From assembly GCF_004382795.1 (NCBI RefSeq), contig NZ_SMSG01000006.1, positions 204,542 through 236,541 on the forward strand: 32,000 bases of DNA. Direction: 5' to 3'. Under the pieces are notes generated by a model. The model worked only from the letters and a program-made list of their open reading frames with translations, did no database searches and was not told the DNA's origin. Both the position numbers and the translations under genes were made by a program. The first letter of the stretch is position 1. The number at the start of each line of letters is the position of its first letter. The DNA comes from Cumulibacter soli. Its GTDB lineage: Bacteria > Actinomycetota > Actinomycetes > Mycobacteriales > Antricoccaceae. Shown piece by piece: positions 1-8,139 of this stretch.

Positions 1-547
1 CGGTGAATCCCAGGCCGCGCAAATGGCGCACCAACATATCCCACGAGTCAGGAGCAAACCCGCAGGAAAAGTCCAGTGCCGCTTGTTGCGTGAACCCCCG
101 CTCAGCAAGGAAAGCACGCGCGGTCGAAGCCGCTCCAGGCGCGCCGAGCTGCGCGACGAAGAACTCGACAGCGGCCTTGTTCGCGGCCACCAGTCGTTGC
201 CGCTGTCCCGGTTGGCGCTGGCCTCCGGCAGGGCCGCCGGTTTGTTCGTATCGCAGTTGAAGACCAGCGCGATCCGCCAGCTGTTCGACGGCCTCGGCGA
301 AGCCGACATGCTCCATCTTCTGTACGAAGGAGATAACGTCACCGGACTCGCCGCATCCGAAGCAGTAGAACAATCCGCGGCCCGGCGACACGCTGAACGA
401 CGGCGTCTTCTCGTCGTGGAATGGGCACAAGCCCTTCATGTTCCCGCCGCCCGCGTTGCGCAGGGTTACGTACTCTCCGATCACATCGGCGATCGAGGCG
501 CGCTCACGGACCTCGCGTATGTCCTCGTTCTTGATCAGTCCCGCCAC
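1..547 (-). CDS. dnaG: DNA primase DnaG, N-terminal part (gene continues past the left edge)
   Basis: Not in the ORF track because there is no stop in the window. My translation from GTG at 547-545 reads VAGLIKNEDIREVRERASIADVIGEYVTLRNAGGGNMKGLCPFHDEKTPSFSVSPGRGLFYCFGCGESGDVISFVQKMEH..., which contains the CHC2 primase zinc finger. It starts 4 nt after the dgt stop. Confidence 0.85.
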   Translation of the reverse strand, partial: MAGLIKNEDIREVRERASIADVIGEYVTLRNAGGGNMKGLCPFHDEKTPSFSVSPGRGLFYCFGCGESGDVISFVQKMEHVGFAEAVEQLADRAGLQLRYEQTGGPAGGQRQPGQRQRLVAANKAAVEFFVAQLGAPGAASTARAFLAERGFTQQAALDFSCGFAPDSWDMLVRHLRGLGFT

Positions 548-551
548 CTCG

Positions 552-1808
552 TCACCCGCCCCCGCACAGACGCTTCCACCACGTGATCGCGGCGTTGTCC
601 GTTAACTCAGCGACTTGATCGATGATCGCCCGCAGCCGGTCGGCGTCGCTAGCTGCGTGCTGGTAACTCTCGACGTGCTGATCACGCAACTGGGATGGTT
701 GCTCGCGTAACGCCGCAACGAGTTCGCGAAGTAGTCGCCGTTGCCAAGCCTGCAACGTTGCGGCGCCCTCTCGCTGCATCACATATCGATAGGCGGTTGC
801 TTTCAATAGCGCACATTCGGCCTGCACACGCTCGGGCACCTGCAGATCCGCGGCATACCTGCTCAGCTCGCCCGTGCCGTACTTCTCGCGGGTCGCTCGG
901 ATCGCCGCTGTGGAGAACCGGCCGAGCAGTTCGCTGGTGGCTCGCTTCAATGCCACCCGACCGCGACGTGATGATCCGATGGATGCGCCGTACGCCGCGA
1001 CCTCATCCAGCACCGGCAACCGAAGCAGCCCGCCGAGCACGTCGGCGAGGGCAGACGTGTCAATAGCCAGGTACTCCTGGCTGGCGATCCGGCAGACCTC
1101 GGTAACCTCGCGTGCGTCCGTGAGTCGCGACAGGTCGATCAGACCCGTCATCACACCATCTTCGACATCATGCACGGAATACGCGACATCGTCGGACCAG
1201 TCCATCACCTGCGCTTCCATGCAGGCACGTTCGCCGAGATCTGCGGACCGGGCCCAGGTGAACTGGGGCAGATCGTCGGCGTACACGCCGAACTTCCGGC
1301 GTCCGGCCTGGCGCGCCCAGGGGTACTTACAGGTCGCGTCCAGCGATGCGCGCGTCAGGTTCAAGCCGACACTGGCCTCACCATCAAGCACCTTGGATTC
1401 CAGCCGACACACCACGCGCAGCGTCTGCGCGTTGCCCTCGAAACCGCCGCACTCTTGTGACACGTCGTCCAACGCGCTTTCGCCGTTGTGGCCGAACGGC
1501 GGGTGGCCCAAATCGTGCGCGAGCCCTGCAGCGTCGGCGATGTCGGGATCGACTCCGAGCGCAGCACCCATCTCACGGGCGATCTGTGCGACCTCGAGCG
1601 AGTGGGTCAATCGAGTCCTCGGGAAGTCGTCCTCCCCGGGCACGACGACCTGAGTCTTACCAGCCAAACGCCGGAACGCCGCCGAATGCAGGATCCGGGC
1701 TCGGTCGCGGGCAAACTCCGAGCGCGTGCCCGGATCCTCCCCAGCGAAATAGCTGGTCTTGGGCTGTTCGGTAACGAAACGCTGCACGTCGGCGGCCGTG
1801 TAACTCAC
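552..1808 (-). CDS. dgt: dGTP triphosphohydrolase-like HD-domain protein
   Basis: 418-aa ORF with a GTG start. HD-domain motifs RLTHSLEVAQIAREMG and HDLGHPPFGH are present. Directly upstream of dnaG. Confidence 0.9.
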   Translation of the reverse strand: MSYTAADVQRFVTEQPKTSYFAGEDPGTRSEFARDRARILHSAAFRRLAGKTQVVVPGEDDFPRTRLTHSLEVAQIAREMGAALGVDPDIADAAGLAHDLGHPPFGHNGESALDDVSQECGGFEGNAQTLRVVCRLESKVLDGEASVGLNLTRASLDATCKYPWARQAGRRKFGVYADDLPQFTWARSADLGERACMEAQVMDWSDDVAYSVHDVEDGVMTGLIDLSRLTDAREVTEVCRIASQEYLAIDTSALADVLGGLLRLPVLDEVAAYGASIGSSRRGRVALKRATSELLGRFSTAAIRATREKYGTGELSRYAADLQVPERVQAECALLKATAYRYVMQREGAATLQAWQRRLLRELVAALREQPSQLRDQHVESYQHAASDADRLRAIIDQVAELTDNAAITWWKRLCGGG

Positions 1809-2429
1809 CTACACCGCCATCCCGGTCTCCGGTGAACCGCCGAACAACCCGTAATACAGCAGCGCGCCGGTTTCCCGGACGATGTACTTCAGCTGCGTCT
1901 CGCGAGTCTGTACGGCGGGCCCTGCTCGGGTCGGCGAACCGTAGGTGGTGATGCCCTGATCCGAGATCATGGTCATCGCCCGCAATGTGTGCGGCGGATC
2001 AGTCACCACGATCGCGTCGTCGAGACCGTGCTCTTCGTAAACCGGCACGAGCGCTTCGGCGCTGGTGAGCGTATTCGTGCCCGACTCCACCGCAATGACC
2101 GCGTCCTCGGGGACGCCGCCCTCCTCGACCAGCCATTTCTTACCGGCGCTCGCCTCCGTATAGACGTCGCCAGCTTGATTTCCGCCCACGGTGACGATCG
2201 TATCTGCGTAACCGTCGCGCCACAGGTCGAGCGCATGCTGCAGCCGCCATTGGAACACCGGTGAGGGTTCGCCGTCGTATTGCGCCGCGCCAAGCACGAC
2301 GATGGAGTCGGCGTGATGTGTATCGGTGTCTCGCGCTACTTTCCAGACGGCGAACGCCACACCGAACGTCCCCAACACACACCCGACCAGCAGCCCGGCA
2401 AGAATACGGGCGAAGAACCTGCCGATCAC
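1809..2429 (-). CDS. DUF218 (YdcF/SanA/ElyC-like) membrane-anchored protein
   Basis: 206-aa ORF with an N-terminal TM helix (ILAGLLVGCVLGTFGVAFAVW). This is followed by VVLGAAQYDGEPSPVFQWRLQHALDLWRDGYADTIVTVGG, typical of DUF218. Its stop abuts the dgt start. Confidence 0.7.
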   Translation of the reverse strand: MIGRFFARILAGLLVGCVLGTFGVAFAVWKVARDTDTHHADSIVVLGAAQYDGEPSPVFQWRLQHALDLWRDGYADTIVTVGGNQAGDVYTEASAGKKWLVEEGGVPEDAVIAVESGTNTLTSAEALVPVYEEHGLDDAIVVTDPPHTLRAMTMISDQGITTYGSPTRAGPAVQTRETQLKYIVRETGALLYYGLFGGSPETGMAV

Positions 2430-2504
2430 GCTGCTACTCCGATCCCGCAGTGGTGTGCCGAGTTCCAGTCTATGGCGAGTGTCTGGCGCGTCGATGAAGG
2501 TACG

Positions 2505-3632
2505 TCAGCCACCAGAAACGTCGATCTCAGCACCGAACGGCACCGCGCAGCTGTCCCGGTCCGCCAACCATCCCTCCGGCAGCGTCACCTTGCGGGTCCC
2601 GGTCGAGCGGCCCCTGGCCAGTCCCAGGATGCTTAGCGGATAAGGCTGGTCGCCATGCGCCTGGAGGAGTCCGTCCAGCAGGTCGTCGAGGTCACGCAGA
2701 CTTCCGATCAGTCCGAGCTTCTGGCGGACCTCCGAACCCGCGCGAAACCCCTTCAGGTACCACGAGACGTGTTTGCGGAAGTCGCGCGTGCCACGAGGCT
2801 CGCCCAGATCCTCCACCATGTACGAGGCATGTTCACGCATCGTGTCAGCGACCTCGGACAACGACGGGCGTACCCGTTCACTCGACCCGGCGAAGGCATT
2901 CGCGAGGTCGGCGAACAACCACGGCCGACCGAGGCAGCCACGGCCGACTACGACGCCTGCGCAGCCGGTCTGTTCCACCATCGCCAACGCGTCATCGGCC
3001 TCCCAAATGTCACCGTTGCCGAGCACCGGCACGTCGAGTTCGTTGACGAGCATGGTGATCGCGTTCCAGTCGGCCGTCCCGCCGTACATCTGCGCGGCGG
3101 TCCGCCCATGCAGCGCGACCGCCTGTACGCCCTCCTCCTGCGCGGTACGACCTGCCTCCAGGAAGGTGAGGTGCTCGTGATCAATGCCCATCCGCATTTT
3201 CACCGTGACCGGCACCCGACCGTCCGCGGCGTGTACGGCCGCGCCCACGATGGCGCGAAACAGATTGCGCCGCCACGGCAGGGCCGCGCCGCCACCCTTG
3301 CGGGTCACCTTCGGAACCGGGCACCCCATGTTGAGGTCGATGTGATCGGCGCGGTCCTCCTCAACAAGGATGCGTACGGCGGTCGCAACGATCGCTGGGT
3401 CTGTGGCATACAACTGCACCGATCGCGGCGTTTCGCTGGGGTGGAACCGCAACATGTCCATCGTCAACGGCGTGCGTTCGACCAGTGCGCGAGTCGTGAT
3501 CATTTCCGATACGTATAACCCGGCACCGTACTGCCGACAGACCCGTCGGTACGCGCTCGTGGTGATCCCGGCCATCGGCGCGAGCACGACGGGAGGATCC
3601 ACTGGAATCGCGCCGAAACTGAGCGTCTTCAT
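2505..3632 (-). CDS. tRNA-dihydrouridine synthase (Dus family)
   Basis: Contains VLAPMAGITTSAYRRVC...YVSEMITTRAL, NMGCP and a TIM-barrel Dus pattern. I prefer ATG 3632 (MKTLSFGAIPVDPPVVLAPMAG) because it forms an ATGA overlap with the upstream stop. The ORF-track start 3668 (ATG, GGAG 3 nt upstream) is an alternative. Confidence 0.88.
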   Translation of the reverse strand: MKTLSFGAIPVDPPVVLAPMAGITTSAYRRVCRQYGAGLYVSEMITTRALVERTPLTMDMLRFHPSETPRSVQLYATDPAIVATAVRILVEEDRADHIDLNMGCPVPKVTRKGGGAALPWRRNLFRAIVGAAVHAADGRVPVTVKMRMGIDHEHLTFLEAGRTAQEEGVQAVALHGRTAAQMYGGTADWNAITMLVNELDVPVLGNGDIWEADDALAMVEQTGCAGVVVGRGCLGRPWLFADLANAFAGSSERVRPSLSEVADTMREHASYMVEDLGEPRGTRDFRKHVSWYLKGFRAGSEVRQKLGLIGSLRDLDDLLDGLLQAHGDQPYPLSILGLARGRSTGTRKVTLPEGWLADRDSCAVPFGAEIDVSGG

Positions 3633-4372
3633 CGCATCCACGTCAACGTGTCCGAACCGTCGCGCCATTGAACTCCGCGCACATCGAGTTCGGTGGCGAT
3701 GAGGTAGAACATGTGCCCAGCCACCGTCTCTTCGGGCATGACCGCGCCATCGCGAAAACCTGGATGGCTCGCGACTTCAGCGGGAGCTGCCAGATGCACG
3801 CCGCCGTCGCTGTCGATCACGCACAATCCACGCGAAGGAACAATCTCCACCGGCTCATTGCCTTTATTCGTGAAAAGCGCTCCGACGACAGCCGATGAGA
3901 ACCCTTCGGGAATCTGCAGCCCCGCCTCGATGAAGACCTCATCGGCCGGGTATTGCACAGCCAACACGCGCCACCCGGCACGCAAACCGAAACTCCCGTC
4001 ACCCTCCAGCAGGTCGCCGATCTTGCCCGAGCGAGGCTCTAAGAGTTCGTCTTGGCTCAACGTCCCGCTGGACTCAGGGGCCGCCGGTACCGACTGTTCT
4101 GTCCGTGGCTCGCTCGGTGGCGGGGGCGGTGGTGCGCCCTGATAGCCCGGAGGTGGACCCTGCGGCCTCCGCGGCCCCGGTGGCGGATACTGAGGCCTGC
4201 CGTACCCCGGCGGCGGGCCCTGCGGCGGGTAAGGCTGCGGACGGTATCCGGGCGGCGGTCCCTGCGGCGGGTACCCCGGGGGCCTACCTGGTGGAGGCCC
4301 CTGAGGTGGGTATCCCGGCGGGGGGCCGTAGCCCGGTGGGGGGCCGTAGCCCGGTGGCGGACCGTAGGTCAT
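3629..4372 (-). CDS. Proline-rich PPGY-repeat protein with a C-terminal beta-rich domain (hypothetical)
   Basis: ATG at 4372 is preceded by GGAGGGGAG. The track start 4435 would overlap glyQS. The N-terminus is PPGYGPPPGYGPPPGYPPQGPPPG... No TM helix or signal peptide seen. Confidence 0.6.
   Translation of the reverse strand: MTYGPPPGYGPPPGYGPPPGYPPQGPPPGRPPGYPPQGPPPGYRPQPYPPQGPPPGYGRPQYPPPGPRRPQGPPPGYQGAPPPPPPSEPRTEQSVPAAPESSGTLSQDELLEPRSGKIGDLLEGDGSFGLRAGWRVLAVQYPADEVFIEAGLQIPEGFSSAVVGALFTNKGNEPVEIVPSRGLCVIDSDGGVHLAAPAEVASHPGFRDGAVMPEETVAGHMFYLIATELDVRGVQWRDGSDTLTWMR
4320..4369. repeat. 18-bp coding tandem repeat (ggggggccgtagcccggt x2 exact plus a diverged third copy)
   Basis: 4320-4337 and 4338-4355 are identical, and 4356-4369 is diverged. 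On the minus strand they encode the GYGPPP units of the PPGY protein. Confidence 0.9.
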
Positions 4373-4424
4373 TGGCACTCCCCTCCATTGCGTATGTGCG
4401 TCTACGTGTCGATCTCGGATTCCG

Positions 4425-5822
4425 TTACGAGCCAATCAGCTTCGGCGCCAGGTATCCCAGCAATGCATCGATGCCGACGCGCTCCTGCTGCATCGTGTCT
4501 CGCTCACGCACAGTCACCGCATTGTCGTCCAGCGAATCGAAGTCGACGGTGATGCAGAACGGCGTACCGATCTCGTCCTGACGACGGTACCGGCGTCCGA
4601 TCGCTCCTGCATCGTCGAAATCAATGTTCCAGTTCTGGCGCAGCAGCGACGCGACGTCCTTTGCTTTAGGCGAAAGGTCAGCGTTGCGCGACAGCGGCAG
4701 TACGGCGGCCTTGACCGGCGCGAGCCGAGGATCAAGGCGCAGCACCGTGCGTCGATCCACACCGCCCTTCGTGTTGGGCGCCTCGTCTTCGGCATACGCG
4801 TCCACGAGGAACGTCATGATCGAACGGGACAAGCCCGCCGCGGGCTCGATGACGTACGGCGTGTAACGCTCACCCGAGTTTGGATCGTGGAACTCCAGCG
4901 TGTTACCCGAGTGCTTGCTGTGGCTGCTGAGGTCAAAATCGGTACGGTTCGCGACACCTTCGAGCTCGCCCCATTCGCTGCCGCTGAATCCGAACCGATA
5001 CTCGATGTCGACAGTCCGCTTCGAGTAGTGCGACAACTTCTCCTTGGGGTGCTCAAAGTGCCGCAAGTTGTCGGGGTTGATTCCGAGGTCGGTGTACCAC
5101 TTCGTGCGCTCATCGATCCAGTACTGGTGCCACTGCTCGTCTTCACCGGGCTTGACGAAGAACTCCATCTCCATCTGCTCGAATTCACGAGTGCGGAAGA
5201 TGAAGTTGCCCGGGGTGATCTCGTTGCGGAACGACTTGCCGGTCTGCGCGATACCGAACGGCGGCTTCTTACGCGAGGCCTGCATGACGTTAGCGAAGTT
5301 GACGAAGATGCCCTGGGCGGTCTCCGGGCGCAGATAGTGCAGACCGGACTCGTCCTCGATGACGCCCAGGTAAGTCTTGAGCATCATCTGGAAATCGCGC
5401 GGCTCCGTCCACTGGCCCTTAGTGCCGCAGTCAGGACAGGCGATCTCGCTCATCGGAACAGCGTCCGGATCGTCGAGGCCCTTCTTCTCCGCGTACGCCT
5501 CTTGTAGGTGGTCCTGGCGGTGCCGCTTGTGGCATTGCAGGCACTCGATCAGCGGATCGGTGAACGTGCCGACGTGCCCCGAGGCGACCCAGGTTTCGCG
5601 CGGCAGAATGATCGACGAGTCCAGACCGACTACGTCATCACGACCGTGCACCATGGAACGCCACCACTGGCGACGGATGTTCTCCTTCAACTCCGCACCC
5701 AGTGGACCGTAGTCCCAGGCGGACCGGGTGCCGCCGTAGATCTCGCCGCTGGGGAATACGAAACCCCGGCGCTTGCATAGGCTGACGACCTGGTCGATCT
5801 TCGAAGGTGCGGGCTTGGCCAC
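4425..5822 (-). CDS. glyQS: Glycine--tRNA ligase (single-chain class II type)
   Basis: 465-aa ORF, GTG start with GGATGGAG upstream. Sequence reads [19 protein letters not shown]...[25 protein letters not shown], with a C-terminal anticodon-binding region. Confidence 0.95.
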   Translation of the reverse strand: MAKPAPSKIDQVVSLCKRRGFVFPSGEIYGGTRSAWDYGPLGAELKENIRRQWWRSMVHGRDDVVGLDSSIILPRETWVASGHVGTFTDPLIECLQCHKRHRQDHLQEAYAEKKGLDDPDAVPMSEIACPDCGTKGQWTEPRDFQMMLKTYLGVIEDESGLHYLRPETAQGIFVNFANVMQASRKKPPFGIAQTGKSFRNEITPGNFIFRTREFEQMEMEFFVKPGEDEQWHQYWIDERTKWYTDLGINPDNLRHFEHPKEKLSHYSKRTVDIEYRFGFSGSEWGELEGVANRTDFDLSSHSKHSGNTLEFHDPNSGERYTPYVIEPAAGLSRSIMTFLVDAYAEDEAPNTKGGVDRRTVLRLDPRLAPVKAAVLPLSRNADLSPKAKDVASLLRQNWNIDFDDAGAIGRRYRRQDEIGTPFCITVDFDSLDDNAVTVRERDTMQQERVGIDALLGYLAPKLIGS

Positions 5823-6033
5823 GGTGCTGATACTCCATCCGGCTGGCGGTCGGCGGTGATGAGAAATGGGATTGCCTCGACGAACCTAGCGAGGCCAACC
5901 TCTCCATCCTACGCGGTGACTTGAGTGCACCGTGTCTGGCTTCAGTGCTCGGCCGCGGCCCTCACGGTCGCGGTGCTTACGGTGCTCGCCAGGTGCCAGG
6001 ATTGTCGCGGCACGTCAGATGTACCGCCGCGTC

Positions 6034-6732
6034 TTAATTAGGGCTCGGCGGCGGCACCGCGCCGGTGGGGCTCGCGGGCTCGTCGGGCTCGAAGTTGCAG
6101 ACCTCGAAGTCGCCTTCGTCGTTCTTCTCGAGCGTGAAGTTGATCTGCATTTCGTCACCGTTCACGGTGACCGCGACGACCGCCGTACCAGTGTCGCCCT
6201 CCTCCTGCGCATCCTTGATCTCGTAGGCCATGTCGGACGGGAAACCCGCGCTGTCTGCATCGCCGAACATCTCGTCCACCAGCGGGCACGATACGTCCTT
6301 CGCGGCGGCCAAATCACCGTCCGCGACTTCGGCCATCCACACGTCGACGGTCTCCTCGACGCCACGGCCGCCACCGCTGAGCACCAGAAACAAGGTGACG
6401 CCTATCGCCGCGAGCAGCACGATCCCGCCCGCCAGGAACCCGAGAACCTTCCCATTGCCGGCCTTGGTCGGCGGTGCGCCCCACTGCTGCTGGGGTTGCC
6501 CGTACTGCTGAGGTTGCCCGTACTGCTGCTGGCCATATGGCGCCTGCTGACCAAACGTCGGCGCGCCCTGCCCGTATGGCTGCGAGTAGCCATACGGCTG
6601 CCCCTGCCCGTGGGACTGCTGACGGTCGTTCGGCTGCCCCTGCCCGTGGGACTGCTGACGGTCGTTCGGCTGCGCCAGCCCGTGGGGTTGCTGAGGGTCG
6701 TTCGGCTGCGTCGGCCCGGGTGGTTGCGTCAT
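6034..6732 (-). CDS. Q/P/G/Y-rich single-pass membrane protein (hypothetical)
   Basis: Low-complexity N-terminus (QPNDRQQSHGQG repeats, QQYGQP repeats). One TM helix (VLGFLAGGIVLLAAIGVTLFLVL), then an acidic ~110-aa domain. ATG 6732 has GAGGAA upstream. The track start is TTG 6762. Confidence 0.6.
   Translation of the reverse strand: MTQPPGPTQPNDPQQPHGLAQPNDRQQSHGQGQPNDRQQSHGQGQPYGYSQPYGQGAPTFGQQAPYGQQQYGQPQQYGQPQQQWGAPPTKAGNGKVLGFLAGGIVLLAAIGVTLFLVLSGGGRGVEETVDVWMAEVADGDLAAAKDVSCPLVDEMFGDADSAGFPSDMAYEIKDAQEEGDTGTAVVAVTVNGDEMQINFTLEKNDEGDFEVCNFEPDEPASPTGAVPPPSPN
6596..6703. repeat. 36-bp coding tandem repeat, 3 copies (two identical, one diverged)
   Basis: 6596-6631 and 6632-6667 are identical (ggctgcccctgcccgtgggactgctgacggtcgttc). 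6668-6703 is diverged. A 6-codon QQYGQP repeat also lies at about 6486-6525. Confidence 0.9.
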
Positions 6733-6831
6733 CGTTTCCTCGCCAGTAGTCACATTAGTCAAGTCGCGCTAGGCGGTGACCCTACTCCGGCGTGGCCGCT
6801 GTACGCGGCGACCTTTCGGTGAAGATTTACC

Positions 6832-7224
6832 TCACCGAGGCCCCCACGATGCGGGTGGCTCCGGACGCGTACCGAAGTCGCCGATTCCCGTGCCGTGCGC
6901 GTCATCAGCGAGGTCTCCGGCGATTCGGCTAACGCCCTCATCGTCGGCGGCAAGCACAGGCTCGAAACCCGTGACCTCATCGCGCGCAAGGTACATGAAC
7001 GGCGTGGCATGGACCTTCACGTCGTAATCGGACAACGCGCGACGGTAGCTGCCGACGTTCAGCCACCGGGTACTCAGCACCCACGTCTGTGGCTCGTCGG
7101 TGCTGCGCGCTAGTTCACCGCCGCGGAATCCGGCGCACCTGCTGAGGGCACCAAGCGCCAGTTCCCCCTGCGCGATGAACGCCCCGCGGTCGTCGGGTCG
7201 ATCGAACCGAATTATCGCCTGCAT
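6832..7224 (-). CDS. ABM (antibiotic-biosynthesis-monooxygenase-like) fold protein
   Basis: MQAIIRFDRPDD...WVLSTRWLNVGSYRRALSDYDVKVHATPFM resembles the ferredoxin-like ABM domain. The start is ambiguous: ATG 7224 (purine-rich GGCGGGTGGGGA upstream) or ATG 7260. The track start 7377 would overlap the divergent ABC gene. Confidence 0.5.
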   Translation of the reverse strand: MQAIIRFDRPDDRGAFIAQGELALGALSRCAGFRGGELARSTDEPQTWVLSTRWLNVGSYRRALSDYDVKVHATPFMYLARDEVTGFEPVLAADDEGVSRIAGDLADDAHGTGIGDFGTRPEPPASWGPR

Positions 7225-7278
7225 CGTCCCCACCCGCCGGATCACGTCGTATGCATTCATGCAACTTTGACAATAAGT

Positions 7279-8139
7279 ATGCCGCTGGAGCAACGTAGAC
7301 CAGTGCCTCGCTCCCCCTCCACCGACCAGGACGTCGTCGTGCAGACACGTGGCCTGCGTGCGGCGTACGGCTCCCACACGGTGTTGTCCGACATCAACCT
7401 CACGGTACGACGCGGCGAGGTGCTCGCCATCATCGGCTCGAACGGCTCGGGTAAGTCGACGCTCATGCGCTCGCTCATCGGCCTCATACCCGATCGAACC
7501 GGCACCGTCACTCTGTTCGGTCGAGACCGGATCACCCCCGCTGAGCGCAAACGAATCGGCTATGTCCCACAGCGGGTGAGTGCGGCGTCCGGCGTACCGT
7601 CGACGGTCGTCGAAGTCGTGGAGTCCGGCCTGCTGTCAGGTATCTTCCACCGCACTGGCGGCGCGCGTCGTCGCGCCGCAGTGGACGCCGCGCTCGAGGC
7701 CACCGCGATCACTGACCTGCGCTCGCGTCCGGTCGCAGCGTTGTCCGGCGGCCAGCAGCAACGCGTGTTGATCGCGCGCGCCCTGGTCCGCGAACCCGAA
7801 CTCCTGTTGCTCGACGAACCGCTCGCCGGCGTCGACCTCGAGCAACAGGCGGCGTTCGCGACGACCCTGCGCACCATCGCGGCTGCCGACCGCACGATCA
7901 TTCTCGTGCTGCACGAGTTCGGCCCGATCGCTCCCTTATTGACGCGTGTGATCTCGCTGGACGGCGGCAAGGTGCAGTACGACGCTTCACCGCAGGACGC
8001 GCCAACCCACTGTGAAAGTAACGACAAGCCCAGTTGGGTGCACGCGGCACACGACCACGTACACCCGCACGAGGCGCCCGAGCCAGGCGGCGCCGAGTGG
8101 GTCCCTGAGGTCCTGTCGATGCGAGGTTCCGAACGGTGA
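7279..8139 (+). CDS. Metal (Zn/Mn-type) ABC transporter ATP-binding protein with a His-rich C-terminal tail
   Basis: Walker A GSNGSGKST, signature LSGGQQQRV, Walker B LLLLDEP and H-loop LVLHE are present. The tail reads HCESNDKPSWVHAAHDHVHPHE. ATG 7279 is preferred over TTG 7267. Confidence 0.85.
   Translation: MPLEQRRPVPRSPSTDQDVVVQTRGLRAAYGSHTVLSDINLTVRRGEVLAIIGSNGSGKSTLMRSLIGLIPDRTGTVTLFGRDRITPAERKRIGYVPQRVSAASGVPSTVVEVVESGLLSGIFHRTGGARRRAAVDAALEATAITDLRSRPVAALSGGQQQRVLIARALVREPELLLLDEPLAGVDLEQQAAFATTLRTIAAADRTIILVLHEFGPIAPLLTRVISLDGGKVQYDASPQDAPTHCESNDKPSWVHAAHDHVHPHEAPEPGGAEWVPEVLSMRGSER

Noticed and set aside
5920-5926. CTTGAGT, one half of the HspR HAIR operator (CTTGAGT-N7-ACTCAAG)
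   Set aside because: The partner half-site is absent at the required spacing. It is a single 7-mer upstream of glyQS and is probably chance.
5823-6033. Possible T-box riboswitch in the glyQS leader
   Set aside because: I could not locate the conserved T-box sequence (GGGTGGTACCGCG-like) or a specifier-loop arrangement by eye. It is kept only as a low-interest unexplained leader.
4133-6703. Short tandem repeats considered as CRISPR-like or mobile-element repeats
   Set aside because: The repeats are in frame within two low-complexity CDSs (PPGY and QPNDRQQSHGQG units). They are contiguous without spacers, and no cas, transposase or integrase genes occur anywhere in the window.
7267-7272. TTGACA as the -35 of the metal ABC operon
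   Set aside because: No acceptable -10 hexamer lies 16-19 bp downstream (GCAACG/CAACGT), and the element sits only 7 nt before the preferred ATG. It is left as part of an AT-rich control region, not called as a promoter.
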